Of a stretch of 64,000 nucleotides of DNA, positions 10,476 through 22,074 are shown one piece after another. A model generated the notes under the pieces. The model was not told where the DNA came from. It saw nothing but the letters and a program-made list of their open reading frames with translations, and did no database searches. The stretch comes from Octopus sinensis (lineage: Eukaryota): positions 24,614,001 to 24,678,000 of the forward strand of contig NC_043007.1 in the NCBI RefSeq assembly GCF_006345805.1. The letters run 5' to 3'. The first letter of the stretch is position 1; each line of letters begins with the position of its first letter. The position numbers and the translations under genes are program-made.

Positions 10476-13400
10476 TCTCATGCACAGCATACTTCCATAG
10501 GTCTCGGTCTCTAGACATTTCCTTAGTGAGACCTAAAGTTCGAAGGTCGTGCTTCACCACCTCGTCCCAGGTTTTCCTGGGTCTACCTCTTCCACAGGTT
10601 CCCTCCACTGCTAGGGTGTAGCACTTTTGCACACAACTATCTTCAGCCTTTCTTGTCACATGACCATACCAGCGCAGCCGTCTCTCTTGCACGCCACAAC
10701 TGACGCTTCTTAGGTTCAGCTTTTCTCTCAAGGAACTTACACTCTGACGATTATGAACACTGACATTACACATCCATCGGAGCATACTGGCTTCATTTCT
10801 TGCGAGCTTACGCATATCCTCAGCAGTCACGGCCCATGTTTCACTACCATGTAGCATGGCTGTACGTACACATGCATCATACAGTCTGCTTTTTACTCTG
10901 AGCGAGAGGCCTTTTGTCACCAGCAGGGGTAAGAGCTCTCTAAACTTTGCCCAGGCTATTCTTACTCTAGCAGTTACACTTCAGCACACCCACCCCCGCT
11001 ACTGACTTGGTCTCCTAGGTAGCGGAAGCTATCAACTACTTCTAGTTTGTCTCCCTGGAACGTGGCAGAAGTTGGTCTCTGCATATTTCCAGTGTTTATT
11101 GCTCCTGAGCATTTGCCACAGACAAAACTATTTTCCTAGTTAGCCTTCCTTTGACATTGCTGCACCTCTTATGTGTCCATAGCTTACACTTGGTGCATCT
11201 TATAGAGTTTCTACCTACACCTTTTTTACAGATCGAGCAGGGCCATCTACCTGAAGGCGTTTGTGATTGATCTACCTTCCTACTTATTAGAACTTTGGTT
11301 TTGGCTAGGTTGATTCTAAGGCCCTTCGATTCTAATCCTTGTTTCCACACCTGGAACTTCTCCTCCAGTTCTGATAGTGACTCAGCAATTAGAGCAAGGT
11401 CATCAGCATATAGGAGCTCCCAGGGGCAACCTGTCTTGATTCCTCCGTTATTGCCTGGAGGACTATGATAAATAGGAGGGGACTGAGGACTGAACCTTGG
11501 TGGACCCCAACCTCTACCCGGAATTCTTCACTGTACCGTTGCCCACCCTCACCTTACTAGCAGCGTCTCTGTACATGGCTTGCACAGCTCTCACCAACCA
11601 TTCTTCTATCCCTAGTTTCCTCATTGACCACCAGATAAGGGACCGGGGGACCCTGTCAAGGCTTTCTCCAAGTCAACAAAAGCCAGGTACAAGGGCTTAT
11701 CTTTGGCTAGGTATTTCTCCTGCAGCTGGTCTTACCAGGAATATAGCATCAGTAGTACTTTTCCCTGGCACGAACCCAACTGCATATCATCTAAGGTAAC
11801 TCTCTCTCTAATTAGTTGGGCTACAACCCTCTCCGTAACCTTCATTACCTGATCCAGCAGCTTGATGCCCCTGTAGTTTTTTGTCTCTAGGGCGTCGCCT
11901 TTACCTTTGTAGCAGTTGACTATTATGCTGCTACACCAGTCATTGGGTATGACCCCCTCGTGTATCACCTGGTTAACTATACGGGTGACTAAGCTATAGC
12001 CGACACCACCAGATATTTTGAGCATCTCTGCAGTAATTCCTGATGGGCCTGGGGCTTTCCCTGTTTTCATGCTTCTAATTGCCTTATCTACTAAGGAACT
12101 GTTAACTCGGATTGCTGGTCCCTCTGTTGGGTCGACATTCGGCAGACTCTCTTTATCCCATTCATTTTCTTCATTCAGCAACCTATCATAGTGGCGTCTC
12201 CAAGTCTCTCTCTTTGCACCCTCATTAAGTGCAAGTGAACCGTCCTCCTTGCGAACACATTTCTCTCCTACCACGTCACGATTCTCTCTCACACACTGTC
12301 TTGCAACACGAATACCTCAAGTCTTTCATCCTCACGCGCAGGACATTGGCAATTTTTCCTTCTCTGCTTCCCCTCTGGCTAGATAGACCTGTCTCCTGGC
12401 TTCCCTTCTGGCAGACTGATACACTTCCCTGCTACCACCACCGTTCTTCCAGGCCTTCCAAGCCTGTTTCTTTTGTCTAATAGCCCTGTCAACAATATTG
12501 TTCCACCACCACGTTATTTGGGTCTTAAGGGGACTTTGCACCAGCCACAGATCTGGTCAGCGGCTTTCAGCAGGTTGTCCCTCAGAAGCGTCCAGTTGTC
12601 TTCTACCCAATGCGTAGCTATACTCCCTTCCATTTCGTCTAAGCTTCAAATAACATATCTCTAAATCTCTGTCCATTCGCAGGGTCTTTAAGCTTCCAGA
12701 CCCTTCTTCTCCATGTTGGTCGTCTTCTAGTCGCCCTCTTAGTCCTGATCCTAAAGTCACTAACTACCAGTCTATGTTGTGGGGTGCATTCTTCACTTGG
12801 GAAGGTTTTGGCATTTATAAGCAGCCATCTTTCCCTTTTTCTGGCAAGGATGTAGTCGATTTGCTAGTATGCCGGCCCGATCGGTAGGTGACCAGGTGGC
12901 TTGTCGGTTTCCTGAAGTTAGTGTTGCAAATCATAAGACTATTCGCATCGCAGAACTCCAGCAGCCTGGTTCCCTCCTCGTTGCGGGAACCATAACCGTA
13001 GCCTCCATGCACGCCATGGAAGCCCCCAGCACGTCGTCCAACATGCCCATTGAAGTCACCAGCCACAAAGAGAAGGTCCCTGTCGTTCGTCAATGATGTG
13101 GTCTGCAGTAGGGTGTCATAGAAACAGTCTTTCTGTCCATCAGGTAGCCCAGGCTGAGGGGCATAGGCCGATATATAGTTGCTAAACTATGGTGGAGCAC
13201 TAATCTAATCTTAATTATTCTGTCACTTACTCTGACTACCTCGATTACCTTATCTACCCATTTTTCGGCGATAAGCATGCCCACACCCCCGACTCCGTCA
13301 GTATTCCCAGCCCAGAAAATCTTGTACCTCTGTCCTTTGCTTTGCCTGTGAGGAACCTAGCAGAACCTCCTCTCCACCTCACTTCTTGAATGCAGCATAT

Positions 13401-13565
13401 ATCAACCCACCTCCGTTCAAGCAATTCAACTATCTCGCCAGATCTGCCTTTCAGTGTGCCGACGTTGAGGGTGCCAACCCTGAGGCTGTGGGTGGGGGTG
13501 GAAGTGGTATTGGTCCTAATAGCGTCATGTACCTGAAAAGAAAACTCGCGTTTGGCAGTATTCAT
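10459..13565 (-). pseudogene. RTE copy 2 ORF (APE-RT with PHD-type insert), frameshifted
   Basis: Starts MNTAKREFSFQVHDA..LRVGTLNVGTLKGRS; GDFNGHVG; KAPGPSGI; WPCSICKKGVGRNSIRCTKCKLWTHKRC; ends LWKYAVHEKTRQD* at 10459. Confidence 0.93.
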
Positions 13566-13750
13566 AGACAAACAATGGAACTTAAGTTCAAACCTCGTAT
13601 ACAACACTAAACATATCTTGCAATGACTGAACACTACCTTTTATGGAAGGAGGTGGGGGTGGCGTAAGACTTTGAGTGTATAAGGGAGACAAGGATGAGA
13701 AAAATTTAGGACTTCCTGTACCGGTGGTGGGGGTGGGAGGGCGGGTGCAC

Positions 13751-16500
13751 CGCGAAAACCGGGCGGCAGCCATTTCTTCCTTCTTGGGAGAGAAATAGTT
13801 ATTAGTAGCTATAAATAAATACCTAAATTTTGCCTAACCTATGGAGAAAGCGTGGACGATAAGGAGCTATAATTTATAATACCTTTATTCTATATCTACG
13901 AGGCGTGAGACTGATCGATAAAAAAAATAAAATTAGGGGCAAGCTTTAAGATTAAATATATATTTAACACAAGACATGAGACAACGATATATAATTAAGA
14001 TGAACTATAGAATTATATGTACATATAAAAAAGACACAAGGCGTGAGGCTAAATTCACAAGTCATAACAATAATACTAATAGAGATAAAACAGGGCTAAC
14101 TAAAAGATCAGATCAGTTGCAGATAGTTAAGTAGGTACACGGGTTGAAATTAAATATAGATTGCTTAGCTTGGATTCATATTTCGTATTTCGTATTTTCG
14201 TAGGGAGTCGGATACCAGTCTGAATTCAAGTGAGGCCGTTGAAATCAGTCGCTGGATTTATATGCATATAGGGTGGCGGAGAAAGGGGGCGAATGGCGAT
14301 CGAAAGAGATATAAGACAATTGAAGAGGAACGGGGGGGGTCGTGGCCGACCGCGAAAACCGGGCGGCAGCCATTTCTTCCTTCCTTGGAGAGAAATAGTT
14401 ATTAGTAGCTATAATAAATACCTAAATTTTGCCTAACCTATGGGAGAAGCGTGGACGATAAGGAGCTATAAATTATAAATACCTTTATTCTATATCTACG
14501 AGGCGTGAGACTGATCGATAAAATAAAATAAAATTAGGGGCAAGCTTTAAGATTAAATATATATTTAACACAAGACATGAGACAACGATATATAATTAAG
14601 ATGAACTATAGAATTATATGTACATATAAAAAAGACACAAGGCGTGAGGCTAAATTTCACAAGTCATAACAATAATACTAATAGAGATAAAACAGGGCTA
14701 ACTAAAAGATCAGATCAGTTGCAGATAGTTAAGTAGGTACACGGGTTGAAATTAAATATAGATTGCTTAGCTTGGATTCATATTTCGTATTTCGTATTTT
14801 CGTAGGGAGTCGGATACCAGTCTGAATTCAAGTGAGGCCGTTGAAATCAGTCGCTGGATTTATATGCATATAGGGTGGCGGAGAAAGGGGGCGAATGGCG
14901 ATCGAGAGATATAAGACAATTGAAGAGGAACGGGGGGGGTCGTGGCCGACCGCGAAAACCGGCGGCAGCCATTTCTTCCTTCCTTGGAGAGAAATAGTTA
15001 TTAGTAGCTATAAATAATACCTAAATTTTGCCTAACCTATGGGAGAAGCGTGGACGATAAGGAGCTATAATTTAAATACCTTTATTCTATATCTACGAGG
15101 CGTGAGACTGATCGATAAAATAAAATAAAATTAGGGGCAAGCTTTAAGATTAAATATATATTTAACACAAGACATGAGACAACGATATATAATTAAGATG
15201 AACTATAGAATTATATGTACATATAAAAAAGACACAAGGCGTGAGGCTAAATTTCACAAGTCATAACAATAATACTAATAGAGATAAAACAGGGCTAACT
15301 AAAAGATCAGATCAGTTGCAGATAGTTAAGTAGGTACACGGGTTGAAATTAAATATAGATTGCTTAGCTTGGATTCATATTTCGTATTTCGTATTTTCGT
15401 AGGGAGTCGGATACCAGTCTGAATTCAAGTGAGGCCGTTGAAATCAGTCGCTGGTTTATATGCATATAGGGTGGCGGAGAAAGGGGGCGAATGGCGATCG
15501 AAGAGATATAAGACAATTGAAGAGGAACGGGGGGGTCGTGGCCCACCGCGAAAACCGGGCGGCAGCCATTTCTTCCTTCCTTGGGAGAGAAATAGTTATT
15601 AGTAGCTATAAATAAATACCTAAATTTTGCCTAACCTATGGGAGAAGCGTGGACGATAAGGAGCTATAAATTATAAATACCTTTATTCTATATCTACGAG
15701 GCGTGAGACTGATCGATAAAATAAAATAAAATTAGGGGCAAGCTTTAAGATTAAATATATATTTAACACAAGACATGAGACAACGATATATAATTAAGAT
15801 GAACTATAGAATTATATGTACATATAAAAAAGACACAAGGCGTGAGGCTAATTTCACAAGTCATAACAATAATACTAATAGAGATAAAACAGGGCTAACT
15901 AAAAGATCAGATCAGTTGCAGATAGTTAAGTAGGTACACGGGTTGAAATTAAATATAGATTGCTTAGCTTGGATTCATATTTCGTATTTCGTATTTTCGT
16001 AGGGAGTCGGATACCAGTCTGAATTCAAGTGAGGCCGTTGAAATCAGTCGCTGGATTTATATGCATATAGGGTGGCGGAGAAAGGGGGCGAATGGCGATC
16101 GAAAGAGATATAAGACAATTGAAGAGGAACGGGGGGGTCGTGGCCGACCGCGAAAACCGGGCGGCAGCCATTTCTTCCTTCCTTGGGAGAGAAATAGTTA
16201 TTAGTAGCTATAAATAAATACCTAAATTTTGCCTAACCTATGGGAGAAGCGTGGACGATAAGGAGCTATAAATTATAAATACCTTTATTCTATATCTACG
16301 AGCGTGAGACTGATCGATAAAATAAAATAAAATTAGGGGCAAGCTTTAAGATTAATATATATTTAACACAAGACAATGAGACAACGATATATAATAAGAT
16401 GAACTATAGAATTATATGTACATATAAAAAAGACACAAGGCGTGAGGCTAAATTTCACAAGTCATAACAATAATACTAATAGAGATAAAACAGGGCTAAC
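13751..16500 (-). repeat. ~600 bp tandem array, left arm (~4.6 units)
   Basis: CGCGAAAACC recurs at 13751, 14351, 14951, 15547 and 16149. Units differ almost only by single-base indels. Confidence 0.97.
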
Positions 16501-18331
16501 TTTTTTTATATGTACATATAATTCTATAGTTCATCTTAATTATATATCGTTGTCTCATGTCTTGTGTTAAATATATATTTAATCTTAAAGCTTGCCCCTA
16601 ATTTTATTTTATTTTATCGATCAGTCTCACGCCTCGTAGATATAGAATAAAGGTATTTATAATTTATAGCTCCTTATCGTCCACGCTTCTCCCATAGGTT
16701 AGGCAAAATTTAGGTATTTATTTATAGCTACTAATAACTATTTCTCTCCCAAAGGAAGAAATGGCTGCCGCCCGTTTTTCGCGGTCGGCCACGACCCCCC
16801 CCCGTTCCTCTTCAATTGTCTTATATCTCTTTCGATCGCCATTCGCCCCCTTTCTCCGCCACCCTATATGCATATAAATCCAGCGACTGATTTCAACGGC
16901 CTCACTTGAATTCAGACTGGTATCCGACTCCCTACGAAAATACGAAATACGAAATATGAATCCAAGCTAAGCAATCTATATTTAATTTCAACCCGTGTAC
17001 CTACTTAACTATCTGCACTGATCTGATCTTTTAGTTAGCCCTGTTTTATCTCTATTAGTATTATTGTTATGACTTGTGAATTTAGCCTCACGCCTTTGTC
17101 TTTTTTATATGTACATATAATTCTATAGTTCATCTTAATTATATATCGTTGTCTCATGTCTTGTGTTAAATATATATTTAATCTTAAAGCTTGCCCCTAA
17201 TTTTATTTTATTTTATCGATCAGTCTCACGCCTCGTAGATATAGAATAAAGGTATTTATAATTTATAGCTCCTTATCGTCCACGCTTCTCCCATAGGTTA
17301 GGCAAAATTTAGGTATTTATTTATAGCTACTAATAACTATTTCTCTCCAAGGAAGGAAGAAATGGCTGCCGCCCGGTTTTCGCGGTCGGCCACGACCCCC
17401 CGTTCCTCTTCAATTGTCTTATATCTCTTTCGATCGCCATTCGCCCCCTTTCTCCGCCACCCTATATGCATATAAATCCAGCGACTGATTTCAACGGCCT
17501 CACTTGAATTCAGACTGGTATCCGACTCCCTACGAAAATACGAAATACGAAATATGAATCCAAGCTAAGCAATCTATATTTAATTTCAACCCGTGTACCT
17601 ACTTAACTATCTGCAACTGATCTGATCTTTTAGTTAGCCCTGTTTTATCTCTATTAGTATTATTGTTATGACTTGTGAAATTTAGCCTCACGCCTTGTGT
17701 CTTTTTTATATGTACATATAATTATAGTTCATCTTAATTATATATCGTTGTCTCATGTCTTGTGTTAAATATATATTTAATCTTAAAGCTTGCCCCTAAT
17801 TTTATTTTATTTTATCGATCAGTCTCACGCCTCGTAGATATAGAATAAAGGTATTTATAATTTATAGCTCCTTATCGTCCACGCTTCTCCCATAGGTTAG
17901 GCAAAATTTAGGTATTTATTTATAGCTACTAATAACTATTTCTCTCCCAAGGAAGGAAGAAATGGCTGCCGCCCGGTTTTCGCGGTCGGCCACGACCCCC
18001 CCGTTCCTCTTCAATTGTCTTATATCTCTTTCGATCGCCATTCGCCCCCTTTCTCCGCCACCCTATATGCATATAAATCCAGCGACTGATTTCAACAACG
18101 GCCTCACTTGAATTCAGACTGGTATCCGACTCCCTACGAAAATACGAAATACGAATATGAATCCAAGCTAAGCAATCTATATTTAATTTCAACCCGTGTA
18201 CCTACTTAACTATCTGCAACTGATCTGATCTTTTAGTTAGCCCTGTTTTATCTCTATTAGTATTATTGTTATGACTTGTGAAATTTAGCCTCACGCCTTG
18301 TGTCTTTTTTATATGTACATATAATTCTATA
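16501..18331 (+). repeat. Same ~600 bp unit in inverted orientation, right arm (~3 units)
   Basis: Reverse complement of ~14600-16431. Begins and ends with TTTTTTATATGTACATATAATTCTAT. Confidence 0.97.
16873..16907 (+). promoter_or_regulatory. Putative TATA box + initiator present in every 600 bp unit (one example)
   Basis: TATAAAT at 16873 and CTCACTT with its A at 16904, i.e. TATA at -31. Minus-strand equivalent at 14262/14231. Confidence 0.4.
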
Positions 18332-18332
18332 A

Positions 18333-18710
18333 CACTTGCGTCAGAAATTAATTAGCACTTCTCAAATTTCTACATTAAATAGGTTAAATCAATTAACCTA
18401 TGAGCTGTTCAAAACATCTTACGCGATGAGAAAACTTAGTATGGTGTGATTTCGGTCCTTGCGAGGCGCTACCTATATCTATTAAACAAAGGAATTTGTC
18501 TGCATCCGCACTCCAAGTTGTTGTTGCACTGCTATGTCAACATCATAAGGCTGTAGACTCTCAAACTGCTCTGCAAACAAAGTTACGTCATCGTTCTGCG
18601 CAACAGTGAACTCGCAACAAAGCAATAGTTCGAGATATGGCCACTAGGTGACAGCACATACCTTGAGTGAAGAGCAAATCAAGGGTGCTAATTAATTTCT
18701 GATGGTAGTG
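18333..18710. mobile_element. Tc1/mariner-like MITE (~380 bp)
   Basis: TIR core TCAGAAATTAATTAGCAC (18341-18358) / GTGCTAATTAATTTCTGA (18685-18702). CAC..GTG termini. TA follows the right end. Confidence 0.8.
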
Positions 18711-18932
18711 TAGATATACAGAGAGAGAGAGAGAGAGAGAGATATGTAGACAGATAGACAAATAGATAGATAGATAGCTATAGATATAGATAGATAGATA
18801 TGTGTGTGTGTATATGTTTTGCTTTTTACCTGTTCCAGTTATTAGGCTGCGGCCATACAGGGACATCATATTCATATACATACACATATACATTCATGCT
18901 ATTTAGTATTTAAGAGAACACAATATATCCAT

Positions 18933-18938
18933 GTTTAT
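18933..18938 (-). terminator. Candidate poly(A) signal of the dynein gene
   Basis: AATAAA on the minus strand ~16 nt after the stop codon. Confidence 0.5.
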
Positions 18939-18953
18939 TTTCTCAGTAAAAAT

Positions 18954-19215
18954 TTAATCATCAGTTTGGCATAATAAAGCAGTTCCCTGCTTGATCCAGT
19001 ACTGGACTGGTTTTCCTGTATTCAAAAGGATGGCCAGGACAAAGTTAGTAGAGTGACCAGTGGTCGACAAAGTCCCTCTTCTTTCACTGGTCTTATAAAC
19101 TGGACAATTGTAGCGGCTTCCATCTTCAACGACATTATCCTTGTAGCTGGGCTTCAACCAAATCAGGGGCATTGGTTCAATTAGAACCCTCGGTAACTGG
19201 TCAACTAGGATACCC
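18954..19215 (-). CDS. DNAH12: Axonemal dynein heavy chain, terminal coding exon
   Basis: (Q)GILVDQLPRVLIEPMPLIWLKP..YNCPVYKTSERRGTLSTTGHSTNFVLAILLNTGKPVQYWIKQGTALLCQTDD*. Acceptor TTTGCAG; phase matches the upstream exon. DNAH12 preferred over DNAH3/7 from recalled similarity only. Confidence 0.93.
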
Positions 19216-19294
19216 CTGCAAAGGACAAATGGTACATATGAAATGGATATATTAAATGTCTTAATAATTGATTCAAAGGTATAATTCATGCTCT

Positions 19295-19684
19295 CTTACT
19301 CTTTTACTTGTTTCAGTCAGTTGACTGCGGCCATGCTGGAGCACCGCCTTTAGTTGAGCAAATCGACCCCAGGACTTATTCTTTGTAAGCCCAATACTTA
19401 TTCTATCGGTCTCTTTTGCCAAACCGCTAAGTGACGGAGACGTAAACACACCAGCATTGGTTGTCACACAATGCTAGGGGGACAACCACAGACACACGCG
19501 CACATATATATATATATATACGACGGGCTTCTTTCAGTTTCCGTCTACCAAATCTACTCACAAGGCTTTGGTTGGCCCGGGGCTATAGCAGAAGAAATTT
19601 GCCCAAGATGCCACGCAGTGGGACTGAACCTGGAACCATGTGGTTGGTAAGCAAGCTACTTACCACACAGCCACTCCTGCGCCT
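19295..19684 (-). mobile_element. tRNA-derived SINE family A, full length (~390 bp)
   Basis: Head AGGCGCAGGAGTGGCTGTGTGG..GGTTCAGTCCC (A/B-box-like); central domain; internal (AT/AC) tract; many copies in the window. Confidence 0.85.
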
Positions 19685-19792
19685 ATGTGGAATAACCTAT
19701 CTTGCTACAGCTAAGTGACAGACCAATTATCTTGTGAAGATGAAATAGTGGAGTTAAAATATAGGTGTTAAAAATAGTGGAGTTAAAATTAA

Positions 19793-20008
19793 GGTGGCGA
19801 GCTGGCAGAAACGTTAGCATGCCAGGCGAAATGCGTAGCGGTATTTCGTCTGCCATTATGTTCTGAGTTCAAATTCTGCCAAGGTCGACTTTGCCTTTCA
19901 TCCTTTTGGGGTCGATTAAATAAGTACCAGTTACGCACTGGGGTCGATATAATCGACTAAATCCGTTTGTCCCCTCTGTGTGTAGCCCTTGTGGGCAGTA
20001 AAGAAATA
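19793..20008 (+). mobile_element. tRNA-derived SINE family B
   Basis: GGTGGCGAGCTGGCAG..GAGTTCAAATTC..CCTTTCATCCTTTTGGGGTCG..AAAGAAATAG. Confidence 0.85.
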
Positions 20009-20389
20009 GTTAAAATATAGGTGCATGTGTGGCACTTTGACAAGTGTCTTCTTCTATAGCCTCAGGCTGATCAAAGCCTTGCGTGAGGACTTGGTAGACA
20101 GAAACTGAAAGAAGCCCATTGTACATATAAATATATATGTGTGTGTGTGTCTGTATTTGCCCACCATTTGACAACCTGTGTTGGTGTGTTTATAGCCTTG
20201 AAACCTAGCAGTTTGGCAAAAGAGACTGATAGAATAAGTACCAAGCTTACCCCCAAAAAAAAATACTGGGTGGTGTGGTGCAATTTATTCAGCTAAAATT
20301 TTTCAAGCCAGTGCTCAAGCATGGCCAAGTTAAATTTTAAAAAGTAAAAACAACTAAAAAATCACTCTATGGTCTTGAACAAGACACTT

Positions 20390-20691
20390 GTTTGTTCCTT
20401 CTCGAGTCGTGCCTGGCTCATAAGGGCCGGTTTCCTGGTTTCCTTGGCATATAGGTTCCCCACCTGGACGGAACGCTGGTCCATCGCAGGTGAGCTGCAA
20501 GATGCATGAGGAAAGAGCGAGAGAAAGTTGTGGCGAAAGAGTCAGCTGAAGTTTGCCATTACTTTCTGCCAGAGCCGTGTGGAGCTTAGGTGTTTCGCTC
20601 ATAAACACACACATCGCCCGGTATGAGATTTGAACCCGCGATCTCTCGACCGCCAGTCCGCTGCTCTAACCACTAGGCCATGTGCCTCCAC
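20390..20691 (-). mobile_element. tRNA-derived SINE family C, tail variant 1
   Basis: tRNA-like head GGCCTAGTGGTTAGAGCAGCGGAC..GGGTTCAAATC; (AAAC) tail; TSD ACAAGACACTT. Confidence 0.85.
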
Positions 20692-20891
20692 ACAAGACAC
20701 TTCATTTGATGCTGCTTCTGTTCACACATCTGAAAACGAGTACAAACAACAACTAGGGATGAACTCTTGGCTTGCCGGGTTTCCCAATCTGGGAGTGTCT
20801 TGTACTCAATCACTTAAATGTCTTGGAAACTTCCATAATCTTGGGGTTAATTATTCTATAGGCTCATGATTGTAACATTCTGGTTACTTAC

Positions 20892-20983
20892 TGATTACAG
20901 TCCCAGCGTGCACCATCAAGGAACAATCCATGGATGTAAGCTCCGTCATCAGGTGGGGTCTCAGATTTTGTGATAGGCAACAC
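20892..20983 (-). CDS. DNAH12: Axonemal dynein heavy chain exon
   Basis: VLPITKSETPPDDGAYIHGLFLDGARWDCN+CA. Acceptor TTTCCAG, donor GTAAGT. Not in the ORF track. Confidence 0.93.
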
Positions 20984-21065
20984 CTGGAAAGAGAAAACAC
21001 CAACATGTTTATTTGGATATGCTTAACCACCACCTGCATCTCACCTTTGACAGTTACCACTATCT

Positions 21066-21295
21066 GTTTCTTTATTACCCACAAGGGGCTAAACATAGAG
21101 GGGACGAACAAGGACAGACAAACGGATTAAGTCGATTACATCGACCCCAGTGCATAACTGGTACTTAATTTATCGACCCCAAAAGGATGAAAGGCAAAGT
21201 CGACCTCGGCGGAATTTGAACTCAGAACGTAACGGCAGACGAAATACGGCTACGCATTTCGCCCGGCGTGCTAACGGCTCTGCCAGCTCGACGCC
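21066..21295 (-). mobile_element. SINE family B copy
   Basis: Family B sequence; ~18 bp TSD TTGACAGT(T/C)ACCACTATC. Confidence 0.85.
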
Positions 21296-21634
21296 TTGAC
21301 AGTCACCACTATCAACTCCATCATCATCTCTGCTATCCCAGTAGTAGCAGCATCAGCAGCAGTGCCACCAATCCGCTAGAGAGGGGTTATCCATGACAAG
21401 ACTAAGAACCTCTCCCCCAATCCATCACCAGCATTTGCATTTATGTAAATATACACAGATTTAAGTATAACTATCTTGTTAAGATGCTCACTTGACAACA
21501 GTGTTGATCTGAGATCAATCTCACTACATGACATTTTTAGTAAACATATTCTTCCATAGCCTCAGGTTGACCAATGTCTTGTGAGTGAAACTAATAAATA
21601 CAAACTGCATTAAGCCAGTGTGTGTGTGCATATA

Positions 21635-22001
21635 TCATCTTCATCGTTTAATGTCCTTTGTCCATGCTGGCATTTGTTGGACGGTTTGACTAAGCTGGCA
21701 CGCTGGAAGGCTGTGCCAGGATCCAGTCTGATTTGTCATGGTTTGCTACAGCTGGATGCCCTTCCTGATGCCAACCACTCTGAGAGTGTAATGGGTGCTT
21801 TTATGTGCCATTTGCATGACACCGGTATCTACCACACATGTGATTTTGCTTGGCTTGATGGGTCTTCTTTTCAAGCATGACATAATGCCAAAGGCTTTGG
21901 TCATTGCCTTCATGAGGCCCAACACTTGAAAGAAACTCGGCAACTTTGCTTCCATGAGGCCCAATGCTCGAAAGGAACTCAGCCACCTCGCCTCTGTGAG
22001 G
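21635..22001 (-). mobile_element. 5'-truncated RTE copy: ORF C-terminus linked to the short form of the 3' UTR
   Basis: Encodes ..LGLMKAMT../LWHYVMLEKKTHQ, homologous to LGLTKEM..LWKYAVHEKTRQD, followed by GGAAGGGCATCCAGCTGTAG..GGACATTAAACGATGAAGATGA. Confidence 0.8.

Positions 22002-22074
<73 letters not shown>

Larger units (their letters stand above)
8772..13754 (-). mobile_element. Full-length RTE-clade LINE, copy 2, inverted relative to copy 1
   Basis: (CAT)n tail at 8772-8793, mirror-image 3' UTR, APE-RT ORF, 5' UTR homologous to 1770-1950. Confidence 0.9.

Noticed and set aside
1770-13754. Read fold-back artefact as the cause of the 12 kb inverted repeat
   Set aside because: The arms differ by many substitutions and have different array structures, unlike two passes over one molecule.
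13751-18331. 5S rRNA, U snRNA, SL RNA, tRNA or histone repeat identity for the 600 bp unit
   Set aside because: No recognisable 5S, U1/U2/U4/U5/U6 or tRNA cloverleaf sequence, no histone ORF and no histone stem-loop. An Infernal scan is still advisable.
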